Part shown: positions 44,235 through 51,950 of the stretch, piece by piece
How the letters are laid out: each line of letters begins with the position of its first letter
Position numbering within the stretch: position 1 is the first letter of the stretch
From: an uncultured Gammaproteobacteria bacterium
GTDB lineage: Bacteria; Pseudomonadota; Gammaproteobacteria; JASBUN01
Length of the DNA: 64,000 nt
Direction: 5' to 3'
NCBI GenBank assembly: GCA_963762165.1
Contig: CAVXJN010000003.1
Span: forward strand, 1,601,066-1,665,065
Made by a program: the position numbers and the translations under genes
Notes under the pieces: generated by a model
Database searches by the model: none
The model's input: only the letters and a program-made list of their open reading frames with translations
Told to the model about the DNA's origin: nothing

Positions 44235-46316
44235 ATGGGGCATCAGCATGAGAAGCACGGTGCCGGCGCACCCGGCGAGGATTTTCCTGCGCGCAAGGCA
44301 CCAGAGCATCAGGACGGCCATCAAGGTCACGATCATGGCACCATGATCGCTGATTTCCGCAAGCGGTTTTGGGTGTCGATCATCCTCACCATTCCGATCC
44401 TGGCACTTTCGCCGATGCTCCAGGCGTTCGTAGGCGCGGAGCAAGCGCTTGCGTTTCCCGGTGACGCCTATTGGCTGCTCGCGTTTTCCAGCGCCGTTTA
44501 TTTCTATGGTGGCTGGCCGTTTATTTCCGGTCTGTTGTCGGAGCTGCGTCAGCGCCAGCCCGGCATGATGACCTTGATCGCGCTGGCGATCAGCGTCGCA
44601 TATTTCTACTCCGCTGCGGTGGTGCTGGGACTGACCGGCAAGGTGTTCTTTTGGGAGTTGGCGACCCTGATTGACGTGATGCTCCTGGGCCACTGGATCG
44701 AGATGAAGTCGGTCATGGGCGCTTCCGGTGCGCTGGAGGCACTGGTCAAGCTGATGCCTACGGTCGCCCACCGCTTGCAGGCCGGGGCCGAGGTCGAAGA
44801 CGTGCCGATCGCCGAGCTCCGCCCCGGCGACCGGGTGCTGGTGAAACCAGGAGAGAAAGTTCCAACCGATGGAATGATCGTCGATGGTCGCTCCAGTCTC
44901 GACGAATCCATGCTGACCGGCGAGTCGAAGCCGGTGGAACGTGGCGTCGACGAAGAAGTGATCGGCGGCTCGGTCAATGGCGAGGGGGCGATCACCATCG
45001 AAATCCGCAAGACCGACGATGAGACTTATCTTTCCCAGGTCATCGACATGGTGCGCCAGGCGCAGTCATCGCGTTCGCGGACCCAGGATCTCGCCAACCG
45101 CGCCGCGCAATGGTTGACTTACATCGCCCTGAGTGCAGGCGGTTTGACGCTGATCGTGTGGCTGTCGCTCGGAGCGGAGTTCGAGTTTTCTCTCGAGCGC
45201 ATGGTGACCGTCATGGTGATCACCTGTCCGCACGCACTCGGATTGGCGGTTCCGCTGGTGGTGGCGGTCAGTACCAGCCTTGCTGCGGGCAGGGGTCTGC
45301 TGATCCGTGACCGCGCAGCATTCGAGCGCGCGCGCAATCTCCAGGCAATTGTGTTCGACAAGACCGGCACGCTTACCGAAGGGCGATTCGGTGTCAGCGA
45401 TATCGTTGTGCTCGGGGCGCGTAGTGAATCCGACGTTTTGAGTCTGGCGGCCGGCTTGGAGCAGCAGTCGTCTCACCCCATTGCTGCGGGCATCGTGCGC
45501 GCCGCAGAAGAGCGTCGACTGCCGAACGCCAAGGTTGCGGACTTCGAGAACCTGCCCGGCAAAGGCGCACAAGCGCGCGTCGAGGGGGCGCTGATTCAGG
45601 TCGTGAGTCCTGGATATGTGCGCAGCAGCGGCGTTGAGCTGGACCACGAACGAGTCGACGCGTTGATGGGCCAGGGCAAGACGGTCGTATTCGTGCTCGA
45701 GGAGGGCCGTGTCATTGGCGCCATCGCGCTGGCGGATATCGTGCGGCGGGAATCCCGCGCCGCCATCGCTCGGCTCAAGGAGATGGGTATCCAATGCATG
45801 ATGTTGACCGGCGACGCCGAAGCCGTGGCCAGGACGGTGGCGGCAGAGCTCGGCTTGGACGACTACTTCGCCGAAGTATTGCCGGACCAGAAGGCGGCCA
45901 AGATTCGTGAAGTGAAGCAACGCGGTCTGGCGGTCGCAATGGTGGGCGATGGTGTCAACGACGCGCCCGCACTGGTGGAATCCGATCTCGGCATCGCGAT
46001 CGGCGCCGGGACCGATGTCGCCATCGAGTCCGCCGACATCGTCCTGGTGCGTTCCGATCCGCGCAACGTTGCCGACATTATGGCGCTGTCGCGCGCGACC
46101 TACAGCAAGATGATCCAGAACCTGCTGTGGGCGACCGGCTACAACGCCTTCGCCATCCCGTTGGCAGCCGGTGTGGCCTATAGCGTAGGGGTGGTGCTCA
46201 CGCCAGCGTTCGGTGCTGCGCTGATGTCGCTGAGCACTGTGATCGTGGCGATCAATGCCAAATTGCTGAGTCGCTTTCAGCCATCCACCGCCGCCGCGGC
46301 GAGCGACCGAAGCTGA
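44235..46316 (+). CDS. P1B-type copper-translocating ATPase, CopB-like (His-rich N-terminus, CPH motif)
   Basis: MGHQHEKHG...HQDGHQGHDHG tail, TGES, TM6 CPH (VITCPHALGLAVP), DKTGTLT, GDGVNDAP, and a MSLST-type TM8. Confidence 0.95.
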   Translation: MGHQHEKHGAGAPGEDFPARKAPEHQDGHQGHDHGTMIADFRKRFWVSIILTIPILALSPMLQAFVGAEQALAFPGDAYWLLAFSSAVYFYGGWPFISGLLSELRQRQPGMMTLIALAISVAYFYSAAVVLGLTGKVFFWELATLIDVMLLGHWIEMKSVMGASGALEALVKLMPTVAHRLQAGAEVEDVPIAELRPGDRVLVKPGEKVPTDGMIVDGRSSLDESMLTGESKPVERGVDEEVIGGSVNGEGAITIEIRKTDDETYLSQVIDMVRQAQSSRSRTQDLANRAAQWLTYIALSAGGLTLIVWLSLGAEFEFSLERMVTVMVITCPHALGLAVPLVVAVSTSLAAGRGLLIRDRAAFERARNLQAIVFDKTGTLTEGRFGVSDIVVLGARSESDVLSLAAGLEQQSSHPIAAGIVRAAEERRLPNAKVADFENLPGKGAQARVEGALIQVVSPGYVRSSGVELDHERVDALMGQGKTVVFVLEEGRVIGAIALADIVRRESRAAIARLKEMGIQCMMLTGDAEAVARTVAAELGLDDYFAEVLPDQKAAKIREVKQRGLAVAMVGDGVNDAPALVESDLGIAIGAGTDVAIESADIVLVRSDPRNVADIMALSRATYSKMIQNLLWATGYNAFAIPLAAGVAYSVGVVLTPAFGAALMSLSTVIVAINAKLLSRFQPSTAAAASDRS

Positions 46317-46418
46317 TCGCAGCCGGCACACATCGAATTGGACACACGTCTGGACACTGACTAGGTTTTCGCAGTGGACAGGAATTCACGGCAAAGAAGC
46401 CCCAAAAGGAGCAATACA

Positions 46419-46988
46419 ATGAAACACAAATTGATGATCGCAGCACTGGCCATGGCGTTGGGTTCACCCCTGGCGCTGGCAGCGCCACCCGATGCCAGCG
46501 GAACCGACATTCAGCAGCAGATGCAACACATGCAGGAGCTGATGAACCAGGCCCAAGGGAGCAAAGATCAAAGCAAACAGCGCAAATTGCTGCACCAGCA
46601 CATGCAGGATATGCAGTCCACGATGGAGTCCATGAACGAAATGATGGGCGGTCGGCAACACATGATGCAGAACATGGGCGGCGGCATGATGGGAGGCGGT
46701 ATGCAAGGAAGCGGTATGCCAAGCGGTGGAATGCCAGGCAGTGGAATGCAAGGCAGGGTTAGAGGTGGCAATGCAGGGCGGGGCAATGCAGGGCGGGGCA
46801 ATGCAGGGCGGGGCAATGCAGGGCGGGGCAATGCAGGGCGGGGCAATGCAGGGCGGGGCAATGGCGGGCCAAGCCGGCGCCGGGAATATGTCGCCGCAAA
46901 TGATGCAACAACGAATGAATATGATGCAGATGATGATGCAGCAGATGCTGGAGCATCAGCAGCAATACGAACAGATGCACGGCGGTGA
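46419..46988 (+). CDS. Met/Gln-rich periplasmic protein (putative Cu(I)-binding); reading frame switches before an internal repeat, Met-rich continuation is in the +1 frame to 46992
   Basis: AAAGGAG RBS and signal peptide ...PLALA/AP. The N-terminal part is QQQMQHMQELM...GGGMMGGGMQGSGMPSGGMPGSGMQG. After ~46755 the listed frame gives (RGNAG)n, whereas the +1 frame gives (GGAMQ)n...NMSPQMMQQRMNMMQMMMQQMLEHQQQYEQMHGGE. Confidence 0.6.
   Translation: MKHKLMIAALAMALGSPLALAAPPDASGTDIQQQMQHMQELMNQAQGSKDQSKQRKLLHQHMQDMQSTMESMNEMMGGRQHMMQNMGGGMMGGGMQGSGMPSGGMPGSGMQGRVRGGNAGRGNAGRGNAGRGNAGRGNAGRGNAGRGNGGPSRRREYVAANDATTNEYDADDDAADAGASAAIRTDARR
46771..46860. repeat. Six perfect tandem copies of the 15-bp unit ATGCAGGGCGGGGCA (a degenerate seventh copy follows)
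   Basis: Units start at 46771, 46786, 46801, 46816, 46831 and 46846. They lie inside the Met-rich gene. Confidence 0.95.
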
Positions 46989-47106
46989 ATGAGTTGGCCT
47001 GCGCCAGCGCACTGAATATGGTTTGACTTGATATCGTCTGGCACGGATCTTCGAGACAGCCCGTTCGATCATCCGTGCCGGCGCATCATTTGGGAGAGCG
47101 GATTGA

Positions 47107-47355
47107 ATGTGGGGCGACTGGACGAACGTCGGCTGGGGCTGGATCGGATTGGGGGTAGTGCATATGTTGCTGTTCTGGGCGTTGATTATTTTATTGATCG
47201 CCGCCCTGGTCCGCTGGCTTTCAACGCCGGCAGACGATGGCGTGCCGCCGCGACAGTCCGCCTCCGCATTGGATATTCTCAACGAACGCTATGCCCGCGG
47301 TGAAATCGATCGCGAGGAGTACCAGGCGAAGAAACGCGACTTAGAAGGTCGATAG
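47107..47355 (+). CDS. SHOCT domain membrane protein
   Basis: Trp/Gly-rich N-terminus, one TM, and the C-terminus LDILNERYARGEIDREEYQAKKRDLEGR (SHOCT). Confidence 0.85.
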   Translation: MWGDWTNVGWGWIGLGVVHMLLFWALIILLIAALVRWLSTPADDGVPPRQSASALDILNERYARGEIDREEYQAKKRDLEGR

Positions 47356-47543
47356 TGGGTTGCCGGCCTGAAGCTCAAACCTGGCCCGCGTTGATCCGCG
47401 TTTTTCGGGTGCGGCATGCGCTTGACATGGTGTCTAGTACAGCGTCTATGTTGAGTGCTGGATGCAGCGAGCCCGATCTCGTGCGCGAATATAGGATCTT
47501 TTATCCGCACAGGCGGTCGGGCTACAGGTGCGGGGGTCGAGCG

Positions 47544-47639
47544 ATGAACACGCGAACGAATCAGCCCAATACATGCCCGGTATGTGCCATGGAGGTGAGC
47601 GACGCGTCCATCGCCACCGATTACATTGGCATGCGGTAG
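47544..47639 (+). other. Possible truncated YHS/TRASH-type metal-binding peptide (31 codons)
   Basis: MNTRTNQPNTCPVCAMEVSDASIATDYIGMR-stop resembles the first half of a YHS domain (CPVCGM.V....A....Y.G). The expected ..YYFCS..C half is missing in all frames. Confidence 0.25.
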
Positions 47640-47650
47640 GCGATCAGGTT

Positions 47651-48010
47651 ATGTGCCACATTGCGTTACTGCTGCCGTTTTTGACGCTTCCGATGTTCTG
47701 GCTCTGGCCGCTGAACGTCGCGCTGCCGCTGTATTTGATGGTCCTGGCGTTTTCGGCGGTGATCTACTACCTGGCGTTTGCCGCCATGCGGCGCCCGGTA
47801 ATGACCGGACGCGAGCACCTGATTGGCAACCGAACCCGCGTCATCGATATCGTTGAAGACAAGGCTTATGTACGCTTGGACAGCGAACGCTGGCAGGTGG
47901 AATGCCGCGACCTGTTGCGTCCCGGCGATGAAGTCGAGGTGGTGGGTTTCGACGGCGCGCGGGCGCAAGTGCGACGGACCGCAACCGCCGCGTGTGAGGC
48001 AATACAATAA
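47651..48010 (+). CDS. NfeD-like protein (TM region plus C-terminal OB-fold)
   Basis: Two hydrophobic helices, then LIGNRTRVIDIVEDKAYVRLDSERWQVECRDLLRPGDEVEVVGFDGARAQV, which has an NfeD_C-like layout. Confidence 0.7.
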   Translation: MCHIALLLPFLTLPMFWLWPLNVALPLYLMVLAFSAVIYYLAFAAMRRPVMTGREHLIGNRTRVIDIVEDKAYVRLDSERWQVECRDLLRPGDEVEVVGFDGARAQVRRTATAACEAIQ

Positions 48011-48038
48011 CGGTGCAAATGCGCAACATACAAAGCCG

Positions 48039-48407
48039 ATGGGACGACCTCGGATGCTGATCGGATTCGTCATCGTCCTCGCGCTATCGGCCGCGGCCCT
48101 GTCGCTTTGGACGGGGCCGTGGATCGCGCTATTGTGGATGCTGACGGTGGCCCTGGCGTTGGGGGATGTCGTGCTCGCGCGATGGATCGACCGGCGCGTT
48201 CCGGTGCAGACGGGCGTCGAGGCGATGGTGGGGCGCAGCGGTACCGTAGTGAACGCGGATGCATCTGCTGCAGGTTGCCGGTGTCGCGTCAAGATCGGCG
48301 GCGAACTATGGAATGCCGATTCGGAATGCATGCTCGCGCCCGGCAATCCTGTGCGGGTGGTTTGCGTGCGGGGGTTGTGGTTGCGTGTCGTCCCGCATCA
48401 GACTTGA
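48039..48407 (+). CDS. NfeD-like protein (TM region plus C-terminal OB-fold), second copy
   Basis: Two helices, then MVGRSGTVVNADASAAGCRCRVKIGGELWNADSECMLAPGNPVRVVCVRGLWLRVVP. Confidence 0.7.
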   Translation: MGRPRMLIGFVIVLALSAAALSLWTGPWIALLWMLTVALALGDVVLARWIDRRVPVQTGVEAMVGRSGTVVNADASAAGCRCRVKIGGELWNADSECMLAPGNPVRVVCVRGLWLRVVPHQT

Positions 48408-48488
48408 TCTGCGGCAACAGGGGCAACGCGCATGGCAATATCTTAGCTACTGCTGCAAGATCGATCTTGCCCGAACCGGGGACAAAGA

Positions 48489-48722
48489 ATGCAAATGAAC
48501 TGGAGCAATTGGCATTGGGGTTTCGGATCCGGACACTGGTTTTTCGGGATCCTTTTCTGGGTGGTGATTTTACTGCTGATCGTGGGCCTGGTGCGTGGAC
48601 TGTCAGGCGGTCGCAGCGACCGTCAACTCAAGAAAAGCGCCCGCGACATTCTCGACGAACGCTATGCGCGAGGCGAGATCGACCGTGAGGAGTTCGAGCG
48701 CAAAAAACGGGACATCGGGTGA
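48489..48722 (+). CDS. SHOCT domain membrane protein, second copy
   Basis: MQMNWSNWHWGFGSGHWFFG, one TM, then RDILDERYARGEIDREEFERKKRDIG. Paralogue of the gene at 47107-47355. Confidence 0.85.
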   Translation: MQMNWSNWHWGFGSGHWFFGILFWVVILLLIVGLVRGLSGGRSDRQLKKSARDILDERYARGEIDREEFERKKRDIG

Positions 48723-48812
48723 ACGCATTATCCGTTAGGTGTGCCGGCGGCGGTCGGCGGACCGACCCGAGTGCTGTAGACAGCGCAGGCGATTCAACAA
48801 CAGGAGGTGAAT

Positions 48813-49784
48813 ATGTGGCGGCGCAATACTGCAATGGGCACGATTGCGATCGTGCTGTTGTGTTGGACCTTGTCCGGGAACGCTGCGGACGGAGTCAAAG
48901 TCACGCCGCTGGGCGGCCAGGACGGCGAGTTTTGTAGACTCGACCGCGCCTTGATCTTCGAAGATCCGAACGGCGCGCGCATTCTGTATGACGCCGGCAT
49001 GACCGTGGCCGGTGCCGACGACCCGCGTCTGGGCAAAATCGACGTGGTATTGGTCAGCCACGTCCACGGCGATCACATCGGCGAGCGCCGCACCAAGGCC
49101 GTCAATGCCGGAACTTGCGCGCAGCCGGATACCTCCGTGGACGCGACGCCCAACTCCAACTCCGTCGACATTGCCGTCGCCAAGAAAGCGAAAATCGTCA
49201 CCGGCAGCGAAATGCCGACTTTCTTCGCCGCCAAACTCAAGGCCGCCGGCGGCGATCCGAAGGATTCGGTGCTGGTGCGCTTCGGCGGCTCGGTGGAAGT
49301 GGGCGGGGTGCACATCACCACCGTGCACGCATCCCATAGCAACGGGTTGTCGCCGGACCTGATCGGCGGATCGTTGGGAGAAGGCATGAAAGCCGCGGGC
49401 CTCAAAGGCTACGTTGGCCCGCCCACCGGCTACGTGCTCACCTTCACCAACGGCCTGGTGGTGTATTTGTCGGGGGACACCGGCATCACCGCCGAACAGG
49501 ACGTGGTGGTGCGCCGGCATTATCACGCCAAGCTGGCGGTCATGAATATCGGCGACGTCTATACCACCGGCCCCACCGAAGCGGCTTATGTCATCAACGA
49601 TCTGGTCAAACCGGCATCGGTCATTCCGTCCCATGCCAACGAAGAAGCGACGCGCGGCGGCAAAGTGCTGCCCGACACCCGTACTGCGGCATTCATCAAG
49701 GCGACCCATGTGCCCGCGCATGTGCCGTTGAGTGGGAAAACGATGACCTTCGACAACAGCGGGGAATGCGTCGCGGGGTGCTAA
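48813..49784 (+). CDS. Secreted MBL-fold metallo-hydrolase
   Basis: AGGAGG RBS and signal peptide ...LSGNA/AD. Metal motif VLVSHVHGDHIG, with later His/Asp ligands (HASHSNG, SGDTG, PSHAN). Confidence 0.85.
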   Translation: MWRRNTAMGTIAIVLLCWTLSGNAADGVKVTPLGGQDGEFCRLDRALIFEDPNGARILYDAGMTVAGADDPRLGKIDVVLVSHVHGDHIGERRTKAVNAGTCAQPDTSVDATPNSNSVDIAVAKKAKIVTGSEMPTFFAAKLKAAGGDPKDSVLVRFGGSVEVGGVHITTVHASHSNGLSPDLIGGSLGEGMKAAGLKGYVGPPTGYVLTFTNGLVVYLSGDTGITAEQDVVVRRHYHAKLAVMNIGDVYTTGPTEAAYVINDLVKPASVIPSHANEEATRGGKVLPDTRTAAFIKATHVPAHVPLSGKTMTFDNSGECVAGC

Positions 49785-49809
49785 GGGCAGCCGCTAAAGG
49801 ATGTAATCG

Positions 49810-50781
49810 ATGAAATTTGGAGTGCGACTTGCTGTCCAGGGTGAGATGGGCGCGCAGGGCCAGGGTTGGGAGTACGCCCGCAATATGGCCCTGGAGGCCG
49901 AGCAGTTGGGATATGACAGCGTTTGGCTGCCGGACCATGTGATTAACGCGCACATGAAAACGCGCACCCCTATGCTCGAAAACTGGACCGTGCTCTCGGC
50001 GTTGGGGGCGCTCACGCAGCGGGTGGTGTTCGCAGGCCACACCTTCAACAACTCCCTGCGTCATCCGGCTGTCATGGCTAAAATGGCGGCGACGTTCGAT
50101 GTCATGTTCGGCGGTCGACTCATTTATTCATTGGGATCGGCTTGGTTCCGGCGTGAAAGCGAAAGCTACGGACTCCCATGGGAAGAACACGACGAGCGCG
50201 TCGCGCGCTTGCGGGAAGCATTGCTGATCGCGAAAGCGTTGTGGACCCAGCCGGAGGTGAGTTTCAGCGGACGATTTTATACGTTGAAGGAAGCGCACCT
50301 CGAGCCCAAGCCGCTGCAGCAGCCTCACATCCCGATATGGGTGCCAGGCGACTCGCCGGCCATCCGCGATCTGGCCGCGGAACTGGGCGATGCCTGGTTG
50401 TTCTACTCCAAGGCGCCTGACACAATCGCCTCTTACGCTGAAAACATGCGCCGCCGAACGGGTGGTCGACCGCTCGCGATGGCAGCCTCCACCGTGTCAC
50501 TGGCGGGTCTGGATGAAGCCCGCGTAAGGGAGTGGAGCGTACTCTACGCCGAAGAGCGAAAACACCGCTTCGCGGTCCCGCCAACGCCCCGAGATGTACT
50601 GGACGAAAACCTCTGGGGATCCGTAGATGACTGCGTCGAGCGAGTGCAAGCTTGGCATGAACTCGGCATCGAGCATTTGATCATTCAACCGATCCCGCCG
50701 CTGGAAGGCATGCGGTTCTTCGCCCGGGAAGTCATGCCCGCCTTCAAGGACGAAGGAACCCAGGGGGTTGCTGACGACTGA
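49810..50781 (+). CDS. Luciferase-like monooxygenase (LLM) family flavin/F420-dependent oxidoreductase
   Basis: MKFGVRL......A.EAEQLGYDSVWLPDH and ...LGSAWF.RE...YG fit the TIM-barrel LLM pattern. Confidence 0.9.
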   Translation: MKFGVRLAVQGEMGAQGQGWEYARNMALEAEQLGYDSVWLPDHVINAHMKTRTPMLENWTVLSALGALTQRVVFAGHTFNNSLRHPAVMAKMAATFDVMFGGRLIYSLGSAWFRRESESYGLPWEEHDERVARLREALLIAKALWTQPEVSFSGRFYTLKEAHLEPKPLQQPHIPIWVPGDSPAIRDLAAELGDAWLFYSKAPDTIASYAENMRRRTGGRPLAMAASTVSLAGLDEARVREWSVLYAEERKHRFAVPPTPRDVLDENLWGSVDDCVERVQAWHELGIEHLIIQPIPPLEGMRFFAREVMPAFKDEGTQGVADD

Positions 50782-51247
50782 AGAATTCCATCGGAGTTAT
50801 CAGAAAATAGGGCGGGGAATTCGGAGTTTGTATAGGTCACATTTCATTCCGCTGGTCCCTGGTCCTTAGCTTCTACGCTACCCCGCGCATTAACGACAAC
50901 ACCGTTCGGCTTGCGGCCAACCGCAGACTTTTCACCGAAGCCCCACCACGACCGCTTGCTGGGCGCAAAGATTTGATGGCGTCGACTGCTCTCGGCCACT
51001 AGTGGACCTTCCGCTCGTGCCTTCGCGGCGACTGCTTAAGAGCTAGCAAACGAACAGCCAGGTAGCGACAGATGGTCGTGCATGTCTTGTAGTAGTAATT
51101 GCTAAAACTTTGGCATTACGCTGCGAAACCTGCTCGCGGTAGTTCTACATCGCTTTTCCCATACTGCCCCGCGCAAGTCACGAATTCCTTGACGAATCCG
51201 CGGTGTAGACCGGGCGCAACCCCGATCCGGTCTGCGCCACGCTGGGG

Positions 51248-51505
51248 CTACGATCCAAACCAGTCGAGAATGAAGGGCACTCCGATCCAGAGAATCAGCG
51301 CGGCGACCACAAGAATCACAAAGAGCTTGAGATGGTGGCGCAGCAGGAACAGGAACCCCACGGCCAACACGAAAGCGGCGATGCTGGTGATCGAGCCGGA
51401 CCATTGTGCTTCTGCCACGGCGTTGCTCACCAGTACGGTGGCGAAGATTCCCATGACCACGGCATAGAGGCCGATGAATGCCCGAAAACTCGGGTCGGAA
51501 CACAA
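51248..51505 (-). CDS. Hypothetical small membrane protein
   Basis: Three hydrophobic helices (GLYAVVMGIFATVLV, ITSIAAFVLAVGFLFLL, FVILVVAALILWIGVPFIL). No RBS or family recognised. Lies in an AT-richer scar region. Confidence 0.35.
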   Translation of the reverse strand: MCSDPSFRAFIGLYAVVMGIFATVLVSNAVAEAQWSGSITSIAAFVLAVGFLFLLRHHLKLFVILVVAALILWIGVPFILDWFGS

Positions 51506-51595
51506 TAAACGCTAATATAGAATAGCCGTGGCTTTACGCTTGATTGAAATATACCCGCGGTCTTTTCCGCCTGTATTAGCGGAAACTCACAGAAC

Positions 51596-51790
51596 CCTTG
51601 GCAGCGCGGTTCCAACGAGAACACGAACGGATTGCTGAGACAGTTCTTTCCAAAGGGAACTGATCTTTCCGTTTACTCCCAAGCGAAACTGAACGCCGTC
51701 GCCAAGCGGTTGAATGAGCGGCCGAGGAAAACGCTAGACTACGAACCACCCGCTGAACGATTTGCCCAATGTGTTGCGTCGATCGGTTGA
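51596..51790 (+). mobile_element. IS30-family transposase gene remnant (3' end only, about 64 codons)
   Basis: Translates to [64 protein letters not shown]-stop, the conserved C-terminus of IS30 DDE transposases. Nothing upstream of about 51590 continues the gene in any frame. Confidence 0.7.
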
Positions 51791-51950
51791 ATCCGCAGTC
51801 GGAAGCAGACGGTTTCGCCCTGCGTTTCTCTGGCGATAGGGATGCGGGACTGCTAATAGTACTACTGGATGCGCAATCTTCCGCTCCCGGCCGTCTGCGT
51901 GAGTAATTGCATGCGCACCCTAGCATTCCATTATCCTAGGAGGTCGCGGC

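Noticed and set aside
46771-46860. Regular 15-bp repeat array, considered as a possible CRISPR or minisatellite
   Set aside because: The units are directly adjacent with no spacers, only 15 bp long, and lie inside a coding region where they encode a (GGAMQ)n peptide repeat. No cas genes are present.
50782-51247. Possible tRNA gene or att site at the island edge
   Set aside because: I found no cloverleaf-compatible sequence with a GTTCGAATC-like T-loop or a CCA end. The only feature is a 7-bp-stem hairpin (AGACCGG...CCGGTCT).
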